Shown: positions 8,752 through 19,474, counted from the stretch's first letter. The stretch is DNA of 64,000 nt from Phyllobacterium sp. (GCF_037994405.1 NZ_JBBNAN010000439.1:43-64042), one strand, 5' to 3'. Made by a program: numbers and translations. Notes: generated by a model from the sequence alone, not told the origin.

Positions 8752-10064
8752 CCGACATAGCCCTCAATCCCGCTGCTGTTTCTGCCAAGCCGGCCCGCCG
8801 CGATATTGGCCTGAAACGCCGCTACGCCGCTGAACGCCGTTTCAAGCTCTACGGGATCATCGCGATTGGCATTGGCCTCTTCTTCCTGGTAGCGCTGCTC
8901 TATTCTGTTATCTCCAATGGATACACCGCCTTCTGGCAGACAGAGGTCAATCTTTCGATCAATCTCGATCCGAAGATCATCGATCCGGAAAACAAGCGGG
9001 CCACCGATCCGAATGTGCTGCTGACCGCCAATTATCCGCTCTTGGCCCGCAACGCGCTGGCCGAAAAACTGGGTGTGAGCCAAAGTGACAAGCCAGGATT
9101 GCGTGAACTCGGCAAACTTTTTTCTGATGGCGTGCGCGGGCAATTGCGCGAAATCGTGGTTGGCAATCCTTCGCTGATCGGTACGACACAGAATGTCTGG
9201 GTGCTGACCGGTGCCGATATCGATTCCGCTTTCAAGGGCCAGATCGATCTGAGCGTTGACCAGACCCGCCGCAAGGTCTCCGACAAGCAGGTCGAGTGGA
9301 TGAACAAGCTGAAGGGCGAGGGTGTTATGGCCCAGCGTTTCAATACGGGCCTGTTCACCTATGGCGCATCGAGCCGTCCGGAAACGTCGGGGCTAGGTGT
9401 CGCGTTGATCGGCTCTCTTTATATGATGTTGATCGTGCTGCTGCTGTCGCTGCCCATCGGCGTTGCTGCTTCGATCTATCTTGAGGAATATGCACATAAG
9501 AGCCGGCTGACGGACATTATCGAGGTCAATATCAACAACCTGGCGGCGGTCCCGTCGATCGTCTTTGGTCTTCTTGGCCTCGCGGTGTTCATTAACTTCT
9601 TCCACATGCCGCGTTCGGCTTCGCTTGTCGGCGGTCTTGTGTTGACTCTCATGACACTGCCGACGATCATCATCGCAACACGCGCCGCGTTGCGGGCCGT
9701 TCCACCATCGATCCGCGCGGCCGCTCTCGGCATTGGGGCGTCGAAGACGCAGATGGTCTTCCATCACGTCCTGCCGCTTGCTGCACCTGGTATCCTGACG
9801 GGCACGATCATCGGCCTCGCCCATGCCCTTGGCGAAACCGCGCCGCTGCTCCTCATCGGCATGGTGGCCTTCGTCGCCAACAGTCCCGTCACGCCGCTTG
9901 ATCCAGCTACGGCACTTCCGGTCCAGATCTACATGTGGGCCAATGAGGCAGAACGCGCGTTCGTCGAGCGGACATCGGGTGCTATCATCGTGCTGTTGCT
10001 TTTCCTCGCGGTCATGAACATCACAGCTATCATTCTGCGCCGGCGCTTCGAGCGTCGCTGGTAA
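8748..10064 (+). CDS. pstA: Phosphate ABC transporter permease
   Basis: [21 protein letters not shown]; ATGA overlap with pstC. Confidence 0.95.
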   Translation: MTDIALNPAAVSAKPARRDIGLKRRYAAERRFKLYGIIAIGIGLFFLVALLYSVISNGYTAFWQTEVNLSINLDPKIIDPENKRATDPNVLLTANYPLLARNALAEKLGVSQSDKPGLRELGKLFSDGVRGQLREIVVGNPSLIGTTQNVWVLTGADIDSAFKGQIDLSVDQTRRKVSDKQVEWMNKLKGEGVMAQRFNTGLFTYGASSRPETSGLGVALIGSLYMMLIVLLLSLPIGVAASIYLEEYAHKSRLTDIIEVNINNLAAVPSIVFGLLGLAVFINFFHMPRSASLVGGLVLTLMTLPTIIIATRAALRAVPPSIRAAALGIGASKTQMVFHHVLPLAAPGILTGTIIGLAHALGETAPLLLIGMVAFVANSPVTPLDPATALPVQIYMWANEAERAFVERTSGAIIVLLLFLAVMNITAIILRRRFERRW

Positions 10065-10086
10065 CCGCTCAGGAAAGGATCTAACG

Positions 10087-10908
10087 ATGAACCTGATGAC
10101 AGAACGAAATCTCGAAAAAGCGGTAAACGACAAAATGAACGCCCAGCCAAATGCGATCAAGATGCAAGGCAAGGATGTCACGGTTCACTACGGTGAGAAG
10201 CAAGCCTTGTTCGGCGTCAGCCTCGATGTGCCGGAGAAGATGGTAACCGCCCTGATCGGCCCGTCTGGCTGCGGCAAGTCCACGTTCCTGCGCAGCCTTA
10301 ATCGCATGAACGATACGATCGAAGGCTGCAAGATTGGCGGCAAGATCACCCTCGACGACGAAGATATCTACAATCCCAAGATCGACGTTGTGGAGCTTCG
10401 CGCTCGCGTGGGCATGGTGTTTCAGAAGCCGAATCCATTCCCGAAGTCGATTTTCGAGAATGTTGCCTATGGCCCGCGCATTCACGGTCTTGCCAAGAAC
10501 CGCCAGCAGCTCGAAGAAATTGTCGAGAAGAGCCTGCGCCGCGCCAGCCTTTTCGACGAGGTGAAGGACCGTCTGCACGAAGCAGGAACGGGTCTGTCGG
10601 GCGGTCAGCAACAGCGCCTGTGCATTGCCCGTGCCATCGCTGTCAGTCCGGAAGTCATCCTGATGGACGAGCCGTGCTCGGCACTTGATCCGATCGCCAC
10701 TGCCAAGGTGGAAGAGCTGATCGACGAATTGCGCCAGAACTACACGATCGTCATCGTAACGCACTCGATGCAGCAGGCGGCACGTGTTTCGCAGCGGACC
10801 GCAATGTTCCATCTCGGCAATCTGGTCGAAGTTGGCGATACGGAGATGATGTTCACCAATCCGACTGAAAAGCGGACCCAGGATTACATCACCGGGCGCT
10901 TCGGCTGA
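10087..10908 (+). CDS. pstB: Phosphate ABC transporter ATP-binding protein
   Basis: [43 protein letters not shown]. Confidence 0.97.
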   Translation: MNLMTERNLEKAVNDKMNAQPNAIKMQGKDVTVHYGEKQALFGVSLDVPEKMVTALIGPSGCGKSTFLRSLNRMNDTIEGCKIGGKITLDDEDIYNPKIDVVELRARVGMVFQKPNPFPKSIFENVAYGPRIHGLAKNRQQLEEIVEKSLRRASLFDEVKDRLHEAGTGLSGGQQQRLCIARAIAVSPEVILMDEPCSALDPIATAKVEELIDELRQNYTIVIVTHSMQQAARVSQRTAMFHLGNLVEVGDTEMMFTNPTEKRTQDYITGRFG

Positions 10909-10940
10909 TCGAGCTTCGCCACAGGGAACGAGGAAAAGAA

Positions 10941-11672
10941 ATGACCGAATTGCAATCCCAGCACACCGTCCGTTCCTACGACGATGAATTGAAGTTCCTA
11001 ACCCACAAGATCGCCGAGATGGGCGGCCATGCGGAACGGATGGTCGAGCAGGCGGTTACCGCCATGGTCAATTCCGATAACGCGCTCGCGCAGCGTGTAA
11101 TCTCGGATGATCTGATTCTTGATGCCGGCCAGCGCGAGATCGATGAAAAGGCCATCACCATCATCGGCAAGCGCCAGCCCATGGCGATTGACCTGCGCGA
11201 AATCATCGGCACGATCCGGATTTCCTCCGATCTGGAGCGCATCGGCGACCTCGGTAAAAACATTGCCAAGCGCGTCGTTGCCGTAACGGATACGCGCCAG
11301 ACATTGTCCGTCTATCGCGGGTTGCAGACGATCGCGGAACTTGCATTGACGCAGCTGAAGGATGTGCTGGACGCCTACGCGACGCGCTCGGTGCAACAAG
11401 TCAACATCGTGCGCGAGCGTGATGACGAGATTGATGCGCTCTATACCTCGCTCTTCCGCGAACTCCTGACCTATATGATGGAAGATCCGCGCAATATCTC
11501 GGCCTGCACGCATCTTCTGTTCTGCGCCAAGAACATCGAGCGTATCGGTGACCATGCAACCAACATTGCCGAGACGGTCTACTACATCGTAACCGGCTCG
11601 CAATTGCCGGCCGAGCGGCCGAAGGAAGACCAGACCCACAGCATTGTTGTTGACGAAGCCAGACAACCGTAA
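10941..11672 (+). CDS. phoU: Phosphate signalling complex protein
   Basis: DLERIGD and NIERIGDHATNIAE repeats. Confidence 0.96.
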   Translation: MTELQSQHTVRSYDDELKFLTHKIAEMGGHAERMVEQAVTAMVNSDNALAQRVISDDLILDAGQREIDEKAITIIGKRQPMAIDLREIIGTIRISSDLERIGDLGKNIAKRVVAVTDTRQTLSVYRGLQTIAELALTQLKDVLDAYATRSVQQVNIVRERDDEIDALYTSLFRELLTYMMEDPRNISACTHLLFCAKNIERIGDHATNIAETVYYIVTGSQLPAERPKEDQTHSIVVDEARQP

Positions 11673-11689
11673 TCCAGGATAGACGAGCC

Positions 11690-12376
11690 ATGGCGATAGC
11701 CCCCAAAATCACCGTTGTGGAGGACGAGGAAGCTTTGAGCGTTCTTCTCCGGTACAATCTTGAAGCTGAAGGCTATGTTGTCGAGACGATCACACGCGGC
11801 GACGAAGCAGAAATTGCCTTGCGCGAGAAAGTGCCGGACCTTTTGATCCTCGACTGGATGTTGCCGGGTCTCTCGGGCATCGAGCTCTGCCGGCGTCTTA
11901 GAACTCGGCGCGAGACCGAAATCCTGCCAATCATCATGCTGACGGCACGTGGAGAAGAGAGCGAACGTGTACGTGGCCTCGCCACCGGTGCTGACGACTA
12001 CATGGTCAAGCCGTTCTCGACGCCGGAGCTTCTTGCCCGCATCAAAGCGATGCTGCGCCGGGTAAACCCAAGCTTGTTGTCGCACGTCTTAAGCTTTGGC
12101 GATCTTAAGCTCGATCGTGAACAGCACCGTGTATTCCGCAAGGAGCGCGAACTGAAGCTCGGGCCGACCGAATTCCGGCTGCTGGAATTCCTGATGCAGT
12201 CTCCGGGGCGGGTGTTCTCACGCGGCCAGCTTCTCGACAATGTCTGGGGTGCCGATATTTATGTCGATGACCGCACGGTCGACGTACATGTGGGCCGGTT
12301 GCGCAAAGCGATCAATATTGGCCGCTCGGTAGATCCCATCCGCACTGTACGCGGAGCGGGCTACTCGTTCGGCTGA
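11690..12376 (+). CDS. phoB: Phosphate regulon response regulator
   Basis: Receiver domain (LDWMLPG, GADDY.VKPF) plus OmpR-type wHTH (RTVDVHVGRLRK, TVRGAGY). Confidence 0.96.
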   Translation: MAIAPKITVVEDEEALSVLLRYNLEAEGYVVETITRGDEAEIALREKVPDLLILDWMLPGLSGIELCRRLRTRRETEILPIIMLTARGEESERVRGLATGADDYMVKPFSTPELLARIKAMLRRVNPSLLSHVLSFGDLKLDREQHRVFRKERELKLGPTEFRLLEFLMQSPGRVFSRGQLLDNVWGADIYVDDRTVDVHVGRLRKAINIGRSVDPIRTVRGAGYSFG

Positions 12377-12380
12377 TCGG

Positions 12381-13571
12381 TCAATGCCTGCGCGACAGTT
12401 CGCGCGTCGCGGTTTCGATACCTGAAAGGGTGAGCGGATACATGCGATGCGCGAAAATCTTGCGGATCATGGTTGTCGATGCCGTATAGTCCCAATAGGC
12501 TTCCTTGGTAGGGTTGAGCCAGACCGTATTCTTCCATTGATCGAGCACACGCATAAGCCAGACGCTACCTGCTTCCTCGTTCCAGTGTTCGACTGAACCG
12601 CCGGGATGCGAGACTTCATAGGGTGCCATGGCCGCATCGCCAACGAAGATAACCTTATAGTCCGAGCCATATTTATGGATGATATCCAGCGTCGGGATGC
12701 TTTGTGTATAGCGGCGGCGATTGTCCTTCCAAACGCTTTCATAAAGGCAATTGTGGAAGTAGAAGTATTCCATGTGCTTGAACTCGGAGCGCACGGCCGA
12801 AAACAGTTCTTCCGCAATCTTGATGTGTTCGTCCATTGAACCGCCGACATCGAAGAACATCAGGAGTTTCACATGGTTTCGCCGTTCTGGACGGGTCTGG
12901 ACGTCCAGATAACCATGCTCTGCCGTTGATCTGATCGTTCCCGACAGGTCCAGCTCATCCTCAGCGCCTTCGCGCACCCAGCGCCGCAACCTTTTCAGTG
13001 CAACCTTGATATTGCGCGTACCGAGTTCGACGCCATCGTCAAAGTTTTTGAACTCGCGCTTGTCCCAGACCTTGACGGCACCGCGGTGACGGCTCTCGTC
13101 CTGGCCGATCCTTACGCCTTCCGGGTTGTAGCCATAGGCGCCAAAGGGCGATGTCCCGGCCGTGCCGATCCATTTCGAACCGCCCTGATGTCGTCCCTTC
13201 TGTTGCTCCAGGCGCTGGCGCAGGGTTTCCATCAGCTTGTCAAAGCCGCCAAGCGCTTCGATCAGCTTTTTCTCTTCCTCCGTCAGGTGTTTTTCCGCCA
13301 GCCGCCGCAACCACTCCTCCGGAAGATTGGCAATATTGATACCGCCATCGCCGCTCAAGGTTTCGATGCCCTTGAAGACATGGCCGAAAATCTGGTCGAA
13401 GCGGTCCATGTACCGCTCGTCCTTCACCAGCGACGACCGGGCAAGGTAATAGAAGCCTTCGACATCATAGGTTACGAGCCCCGCATCCATGCCCTCAAGC
13501 AGCGTCAGGTATTCCCGCAAGGATACGGGAACCTTCGCCGCTTTGAGTTCAAGGAAGAAGGGGATGAACAT
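12381..13571 (-). CDS. VWA domain protein (CoxE-like MoxR partner)
   Basis: MIDAS-like DVGGSM motif, GDAAM; downstream of a MoxR ATPase. Confidence 0.85.
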   Translation of the reverse strand: MFIPFFLELKAAKVPVSLREYLTLLEGMDAGLVTYDVEGFYYLARSSLVKDERYMDRFDQIFGHVFKGIETLSGDGGINIANLPEEWLRRLAEKHLTEEEKKLIEALGGFDKLMETLRQRLEQQKGRHQGGSKWIGTAGTSPFGAYGYNPEGVRIGQDESRHRGAVKVWDKREFKNFDDGVELGTRNIKVALKRLRRWVREGAEDELDLSGTIRSTAEHGYLDVQTRPERRNHVKLLMFFDVGGSMDEHIKIAEELFSAVRSEFKHMEYFYFHNCLYESVWKDNRRRYTQSIPTLDIIHKYGSDYKVIFVGDAAMAPYEVSHPGGSVEHWNEEAGSVWLMRVLDQWKNTVWLNPTKEAYWDYTASTTMIRKIFAHRMYPLTLSGIETATRELSRRH

Positions 13572-13576
13572 AGCTT

Positions 13577-14023
13577 TCAGACCATCTTCACATATTTGAT
13601 GAACGGCGTGACCTTGGCGATGCGGTCATATAGCAGCCTTGCCGTCGCATTGTTCTGGTTGGTCGTCCAATAGACCGAATGCGCACCGGCCTTTGTTGCT
13701 TCGGCGTGGACGGCCTCGATAAGAGCGCGGCCGATGCCCTTGCCGCGCACTTCCGGATCAGCATAGAGATCCTGCAGATAGCAGACATTCTCGACACTCC
13801 AGCAATGGCGATGGAATAGGTAATGGGTGAGGCCCACTGGCTTGCCGTCAACCTCGGCAATAAAACCGCGATACTCATGGTCGGCGCCTGACGTCAGCCG
13901 CGCGAATGTGGTCCGATAGACATCTTCAGAGACGGTCGTCTCGTAGAAGGTCAGATAGCCGGTCCACAGCCGGCGCCATTCGGCTTCATCGGATTTCCGT
14001 AGAGGGCGGACTTCAACGCTCAT
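13577..14023 (-). CDS. GNAT family N-acetyltransferase
   Basis: Acetyl-CoA motif DLYADPEVRGKGIGRALI, N..ARLLYD. Confidence 0.9.
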   Translation of the reverse strand: MSVEVRPLRKSDEAEWRRLWTGYLTFYETTVSEDVYRTTFARLTSGADHEYRGFIAEVDGKPVGLTHYLFHRHCWSVENVCYLQDLYADPEVRGKGIGRALIEAVHAEATKAGAHSVYWTTNQNNATARLLYDRIAKVTPFIKYVKMV

Positions 14024-14866
14024 TTATCCCTGTCTCCTCGCCATGAAGGCCAATCGTTCAAACAGGTGCACGTCCTGCTCATTCTTCAACAGCGCTCCAT
14101 GCAATTTGGGCAATGCATTTTTCGGATCGGCGCGCAGATCTTCCGGTGCGATGTCATCGGCAACAAGCAGTCTGATCCAGTCGAGCGCCTCTGATGTGGA
14201 GGGCTTCTTCTTCAGGCCGGGGACCACGCGGATTTCGTAGAACTGTGTGAGGGCGGCGCGCACAAGATTCTGCTTGATGCCGGGATAATGCACCTCGACG
14301 ATCCTGGTCAGTGTGTCGACATCGGGGAATTTGATGTAGTGGAAGAAGCAGCGCCGCAGAAAAGCGTCCGGCAGTTCCTTCTCGTTATTCGAAGTAATAA
14401 TGACAATGGGCCGATGCGCGGCGCGGATGGTCTCGCCGGTTTCGTAGACGTAAAACTCGTTGCGATCGAGTTCCTGCAACAAATCATTGGGGAATTCGAT
14501 GTCGGCTTTGTCTATCTCATCGATGAGGAGCACGATTTTCCTATCGGCGGTGAATGCGTCCCACAGTTTGCCCGGCTTGATGTAGTTCTTTATATCGTTG
14601 AACCGGGTGTCCCCAAGCTGCGAATCCCGTAACCGGCTCACCGCATCATATTCATAAAGGCCCTGCTGTGCCTTCGTAGTCGATTTGACATTCCATTCGA
14701 TCAGATCGAGATCAAGTGCAGAAGCAATCTGACGGGCAAGTTCCGTCTTGCCGGTTCCAGGCTCGCCCTTGACGAGAAGTGGCCGTTCAAGTGCAATCGC
14801 CGCATTCACGGCCACCATCAAATCCTTATCGGCCACATAGGCCGCTGTTCCTTCAAACCGCATCAT
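14024..14866 (-). CDS. MoxR family AAA+ ATPase
   Basis: Walker A GEPGTGKT, Walker B LLIDEIDKAD, TSNNEKELPDAFLRRC. Confidence 0.92.
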   Translation of the reverse strand: MMRFEGTAAYVADKDLMVAVNAAIALERPLLVKGEPGTGKTELARQIASALDLDLIEWNVKSTTKAQQGLYEYDAVSRLRDSQLGDTRFNDIKNYIKPGKLWDAFTADRKIVLLIDEIDKADIEFPNDLLQELDRNEFYVYETGETIRAAHRPIVIITSNNEKELPDAFLRRCFFHYIKFPDVDTLTRIVEVHYPGIKQNLVRAALTQFYEIRVVPGLKKKPSTSEALDWIRLLVADDIAPEDLRADPKNALPKLHGALLKNEQDVHLFERLAFMARRQG

Positions 14867-14978
14867 AGGTCCTTTCGCGATGGGACGAGATTAGAGTTGG
14901 GATGGAACGAGGGCAAGAGTGCGAAATTAGCCGACAACGCCACTGGTGCAAGACAAGCATCCGTCCTATATTTGTGGC

Positions 14979-15134
14979 GGCGCTCTGCGCTTCTCGACAG
15001 GAGAGACATATTCCCCGGGGCCTTAATGATCCCTTAGGGAGCTGTCCCTGAGGAGGCCCGTGGGCTTCCTCACACGGCGCCCACCTACTTTGTAGGTTCC
15101 CGGGATCGACTTCTCCATCGGTTGTGTGGACGCC
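14979..15134 (+). ncRNA. ssrS: 6S RNA
   Basis: Long irregular hairpin with a closing stem (GGCGCUCUGCGC/GUGUGGACGCC), inner GGAGAG/CUUCUCC and CCCCGGG/CCCGGG pairs; canonical position upstream of ygfA. Ends are approximate. Confidence 0.85.
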
Positions 15135-15180
15135 ACTTTTATTTCGTGCTCATCCCGAGCTGGCTCGCCGTCAGCGCCTC

Positions 15181-15798
15181 ATGAGATCCACTGTGAAGCA
15201 CCATTCTCCCGTCAAAGAACTGAAGAAACATCTGCGGCTCGAGGCGTTGGGCCGACGTGATGCGCTTGAGATCGAAGATCGCATCGAAGCATCGATGCGG
15301 ATCGCAGATGTCGGCCTCGCGTCGTTTGTGCTTGATCGCGGTACCATCGTCTCGGGTTTCTGGCCTATCCGTTCGGAAGTGGATCTGCGTCCGCTCCTCT
15401 TCGGTCTGCGTGATCGCGGAGCTCAGCTTTGCCTGCCCGTAATCATGGACAAGAAGACTATCCTGTTTCGGGAGCTGGTGCGGGGGGCTTCAATGATCGA
15501 CACCGGTTTTGGTACGGCAGGCCCCCCGGAGGATGCTCCGGTCCTTGATCCCACCTTCATGCTGGTGCCGCTTGCGGCCTTTGATGCGCGCGGTCACCGT
15601 ATCGGCTATGGTGCGGGCTATTATGACCGCGCAATTGCGCGCCTCCAGGAGATAGGCGTCAATCCGCGGCTGATAGGCGTGGCATTTGACTGCCAGGAGG
15701 TCGAAATCGTGCCGGATGAGCCGCATGACATGCCGCTGGAGGCTATCCTGACCGAAAGCGGGTTGCGCAGGTTTGGCAGGATCGATAAAGCCAGTTAA
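15181..15798 (+). CDS. ygfA: 5-formyltetrahydrofolate cyclo-ligase
   Basis: LVPLAAFD..GHRIGYGAGYYDR, VPDEPHD; start set at ATG 15181. Confidence 0.92.
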   Translation: MRSTVKHHSPVKELKKHLRLEALGRRDALEIEDRIEASMRIADVGLASFVLDRGTIVSGFWPIRSEVDLRPLLFGLRDRGAQLCLPVIMDKKTILFRELVRGASMIDTGFGTAGPPEDAPVLDPTFMLVPLAAFDARGHRIGYGAGYYDRAIARLQEIGVNPRLIGVAFDCQEVEIVPDEPHDMPLEAILTESGLRRFGRIDKAS

Positions 15799-15845
15799 CA
15801 ATTATGAGCCCCGCAGGAACGGGGGCTTTTTGTCAGGATATAGGC

Positions 15846-16670
15846 GTGAGATTACTTTTTCTTGGTGACATGGTGGGCCGTTCGGGCCGGACAGCTGTCT
15901 ATGAGCAATTGCCGGGTTTGATATCCGATCTGAAACTCGACTTTACCATCGTCAATGGCGAAAATGCCGCCGGCGGCTTTGGCATCACCGAAGATATCTT
16001 CCACGATACGATCAACGCCGGTGCAGATGTTGTCACGACAGGTAACCACGTCTGGGATCAGCGCGAGGCGCTGGTCTTTGCGGCGCGGGAACAGCGTTTC
16101 CTGCGACCCGCGAATTTCCCGCTCGGTACGGCCGGCAAAGGTTCTGGTGTTTTTCTTGCCAAGAATGGAGCGCGCGTACTCGTTTCCAACATTCTGGGCC
16201 GGGTTTTCATGCATCCGGACCTACATGATCCTTTTACCGTTGCCGAGGAAATTCTGGCGGCATGTCCGTTGGGTGAACAGGCGGACGCCGTCGTTTTCGA
16301 TTTCCATGCGGAAGCGACCAGCGAAAAACAGTGTTTCGGACATTTTGTCGATGGCCGCGCCAGCTTCGTCGTAGGTACCCATACCCATGTGCCGACCGCG
16401 GACGCACAAATCCTGAATGGCGGTACGGCCTATATGTCCGACGCGGGAATGTGCGGCGACTATGATTCCTCGCTCGGCATGGACAAGGAAGAGCCGCTCA
16501 ACCGCTTCCTGTCCAAGGTGCCGAAGGGCCGATTTGAAGCGGCCAGCGGCAAGGCGACAATTTGCGGTGTTGGCGTCGAGATTTCAGACCGCACCGGGCT
16601 TGCCGAAAAGATCGCACCTTTGCGGCTTGGCCCGAGACTTGAAGAGACAATCCCATCGTTTTGGAAATGA
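15846..16670 (+). CDS. YmdB/TIGR00282 family metallophosphoesterase
   Basis: FLGDMVG, VNGENAAGG, TTGNH, DFHAEATSEK, GTHTHV; GTG start at 15846. Confidence 0.92.
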   Translation: MRLLFLGDMVGRSGRTAVYEQLPGLISDLKLDFTIVNGENAAGGFGITEDIFHDTINAGADVVTTGNHVWDQREALVFAAREQRFLRPANFPLGTAGKGSGVFLAKNGARVLVSNILGRVFMHPDLHDPFTVAEEILAACPLGEQADAVVFDFHAEATSEKQCFGHFVDGRASFVVGTHTHVPTADAQILNGGTAYMSDAGMCGDYDSSLGMDKEEPLNRFLSKVPKGRFEAASGKATICGVGVEISDRTGLAEKIAPLRLGPRLEETIPSFWK

Positions 16671-16743
16671 CTTCTGAAACGACCTATTACATCCGTCTTC
16701 GGTTTGCACCATCCGGGCCAACAGCAACGCAGGAACGACCCCC

Positions 16744-17499
16744 ATGGAAGCACTTCTGTCTCATTTCGATTTCATCTATCAGCCATCCGGTCTGATTGCA
16801 CTTGTCACGCTCGTCGTGATGGAGGTCGTGCTCGGCATCGACAATCTCATCTTCATTTCGATCCTCACCAATAAGCTTCCAAAGGCCCAGCAGGCGCGTG
16901 CGCGCCGCCTTGGCATTAGTGCGGCACTCATTCTCCGACTGGCCCTGCTGTTCGCCATTTCGATCATCGTTCGGTTGACTGAGCCGGTGTTCGAAGCCTT
17001 CGGGCACGGTTTCTCATGGCGTGACCTCATCCTGATTGCCGGTGGATTGTTCCTGGTGTGGAAGGCTACAAAAGAGATCCATCATACGGTCGATCATGAG
17101 GACGCCAAGGAAGATGTCATTGGCAAGGCTGTGACATTGACAATGGGCGCAGCGATTACGCAGATACTTGTGCTCGATCTGGTGTTTTCGGTGGACTCGA
17201 TCATAACCGCCGTCGGTATGACCGATGAAATCGCCATCATGGTGATTGCCGTCATCGCCGCCGTGACAGTCATGTTGCTCGCTGCCGAGCCGCTGTCGAA
17301 GTTCATTGCGGCCAATCCGACGATCGTCATGCTTGCCTTGGGCTTCCTTCTGATGATCGGTATGACGCTGATTGCCGATGGTTTCGGGTTCCACGTGCCG
17401 AAAGGCTATATTTACGCGGCGATGGGCTTTTCTGCCCTTGTCGAAGCCCTCAACATGCTGGCACGGCGCAGGAAAAAGAAGGCGCAGGCCGCAGAATAA
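16744..17499 (+). CDS. TerC family membrane protein
   Basis: [24 protein letters not shown]. Confidence 0.92.
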   Translation: MEALLSHFDFIYQPSGLIALVTLVVMEVVLGIDNLIFISILTNKLPKAQQARARRLGISAALILRLALLFAISIIVRLTEPVFEAFGHGFSWRDLILIAGGLFLVWKATKEIHHTVDHEDAKEDVIGKAVTLTMGAAITQILVLDLVFSVDSIITAVGMTDEIAIMVIAVIAAVTVMLLAAEPLSKFIAANPTIVMLALGFLLMIGMTLIADGFGFHVPKGYIYAAMGFSALVEALNMLARRRKKKAQAAE

Positions 17500-17528
17500 T
17501 TCAACATTCGTACAAGGACTCTAATTCA

Positions 17529-18110
17529 ATGAACCACATGACGTTTTCCGGTGCTTTCGTTCCTCTGAGATTCGCCAACAGTCCACTAGCCTACAAGGTC
17601 TTGGCTGTGCTGATCGGTACGGCGTTTCTCGCTGTCAGCTCGTGGATCGAGGTGCCGATGTATCCGGTCCCGGTCACCATGCAGACATTCGCTGTAACCT
17701 TGGTCGGAGCGCTTTATGGATGGCGCCTGGGCGGCCTGACGGTCATCGCTTGGCTCGCCGAGGCTATGATCGGCTTTCCGGTGCTGGCCGGCGGGGCAGG
17801 CGGTTTTGTTCACTTTGCTGGACCGACGGCTGGCTATCTCTTTGCCTTTCCGGTTGTTGCAGCCTTTGTTGGCCTTCTCGCTGAGCGCGGTCTGACCCGC
17901 AATCCGTTCGTTTCAGCTATTGTCATGCTTCTAGGCAATGCGCTCTGCCTCGTGCTCGGTGCGTCCTGGCTTGCTAGCATAATCGGGTTTGAGAAAGCCT
18001 GGGTATTCGGTGTCGCCCCCTTCATCGTGGGTGGTGTGCTCAAATCGGCGCTGGCGGCCGCAACGATCGAACTGTTGCGCCGTTCGGGAATTCTGGTTCG
18101 CCTGTCTTGA
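17529..18110 (+). CDS. bioY: Biotin transporter BioY (solitary S component)
   Basis: VPVTMQTF, GPTAGYL..F, PFI.G..LK motifs. Confidence 0.9.
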   Translation: MNHMTFSGAFVPLRFANSPLAYKVLAVLIGTAFLAVSSWIEVPMYPVPVTMQTFAVTLVGALYGWRLGGLTVIAWLAEAMIGFPVLAGGAGGFVHFAGPTAGYLFAFPVVAAFVGLLAERGLTRNPFVSAIVMLLGNALCLVLGASWLASIIGFEKAWVFGVAPFIVGGVLKSALAAATIELLRRSGILVRLS

Positions 18111-18532
18111 CTATAAAGCTTCGCCCGCATCATCTGCTGTGCATGCTGACCTATGTCGGCAAAGGCTATAATCCGGCCTTTACCGCTAACTACAATCAGG
18201 TCATTGCACGGCTGATGGCCGGCGAGGATATCATGATCCACGAGGGGCCGGACGATATCTGCCAGCCTCTCCTTGCGACGCGTGAACCGCATTGCCTTCG
18301 TGACAGCGTTGCGGAGCGCGATGCCAAAGCCGCACGCGATGTCGGCCAGTTGCTAGGCCGGCCATTGCATGCGGGTGATGTCATCAACCTCGATGGCGGG
18401 ATACTCGATGACTTGCGCAATGCCTTTCTGAATGGCGTCACGCGCTCCGCTTGCACGGGGTGCGAGTGGTTTGACCTTTGCTCGGCCGTTTCAGCAACAG
18501 GCTATCCCGAGACCCGCCTCAAGCTATCTTGA
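18107..18532 (+). CDS. DUF1284 domain protein (His/Cys-rich, putative metal or Fe-S binding)
   Basis: LRPHHLLC...GKGY, GPDDIC.P, C.GCEWF.LC; TTG start overlaps the bioY stop (TTGA). Confidence 0.82.
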   Translation: MTIKLRPHHLLCMLTYVGKGYNPAFTANYNQVIARLMAGEDIMIHEGPDDICQPLLATREPHCLRDSVAERDAKAARDVGQLLGRPLHAGDVINLDGGILDDLRNAFLNGVTRSACTGCEWFDLCSAVSATGYPETRLKLS

Positions 18533-18565
18533 AAAAATAGTGTGGCAGCTAAACACGTTTGTGCG

Positions 18566-18699
18566 CTGGACGAGACGCCGCTTTTTACCTATAAGGGCGC
18601 CATTCCAGAAGCATGTTTCTGTCCGGAGTAGCCCGCAGCCTCAACTTGCAGGGCCCCTGATGTGAAACACAACAACCGTATTAAGCACGCAGGGGTGCC
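18566..18699 (+). promoter_or_regulatory. yebC promoter (TGGACG-N17-TATAAG) and roughly 98-nt structured leader with a uORF at 18613-18660
   Basis: -35 at 18567, -10 at 18590; 18653-18664 can pair with 18686-18696; uORF MFLSGVARSLNLQGP*. Confidence 0.5.
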
Positions 18700-19449
18700 A
18701 TGGCAGGTCATTCACAATTCAAGAACATCATGCATCGCAAAGGGCGCCAGGACGCCGTGCGGTCAAAAATCTTCTCCAAGCTCGGGCGCGAAATTACCGT
18801 CGCCGCAAAACAGGGCTTGCCCGACCCGACGATGAATCCGCGGCTTCGTCTCGCCGTGCAGAATGCTCGGGCACAGTCGATGCCGAAGGACAATATCGAA
18901 CGCGCCATCAAGAAAGCTGCCGGCGGCGACGCCGACAATTATGAAGAAGTACGTTACGAAGGTTATGGCCCGGGCGGGGTTGCCGTCATTGTCGAGGCCT
19001 TGACGGATAACCGCAATCGCACCGCCTCCAATGTCCGTGCCGCCTTTACCAAGGCCGGCGGCGCAATGGGCGAAACGGGGTCGGTGGGCTTCATGTTCAA
19101 CCGCGTCGGTGAAATTACCTACAAGCCCGAAGCCGGCAATGCCGACAAGGTGATGGAAGCTGCGATCGAGGCTGGTGCCGACGACGTTACGAGCGACGAA
19201 GACGGCCATGTGATCCTCTGCGGTTTCGAGGATATCGGCGAGGTGTCGAAGGCTCTGGAAAGCACGCTCGGCGAAGCCGAGTCGATCAAAGCGATCTGGA
19301 AGCCACAGACAACGGCACCAGTGGATGAAGAAAAGGCCCAGTCGGTTCTTCGACTTATCTCGACATTGGACGATGATGATGACGTTCAGAATGTTTATGC
19401 GAATTTCGAGGTAAGCGACGAAGTTCTGGCCAAACTCAGCGCGGCCTGA
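18700..19449 (+). CDS. yebC: YebC/PmpR family protein (TACO1 homolog)
   Basis: [41 protein letters not shown]. Confidence 0.96.
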   Translation: MAGHSQFKNIMHRKGRQDAVRSKIFSKLGREITVAAKQGLPDPTMNPRLRLAVQNARAQSMPKDNIERAIKKAAGGDADNYEEVRYEGYGPGGVAVIVEALTDNRNRTASNVRAAFTKAGGAMGETGSVGFMFNRVGEITYKPEAGNADKVMEAAIEAGADDVTSDEDGHVILCGFEDIGEVSKALESTLGEAESIKAIWKPQTTAPVDEEKAQSVLRLISTLDDDDDVQNVYANFEVSDEVLAKLSAA

Positions 19450-19474
19450 TCCTTTGCAAAATCTGTCGAGTTCG

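Noticed and set aside
16670-16744. yybP-ykoY (Mn) riboswitch before terC
   Set aside because: The gap is only 73 nt and lacks the conserved riboswitch core and stems.
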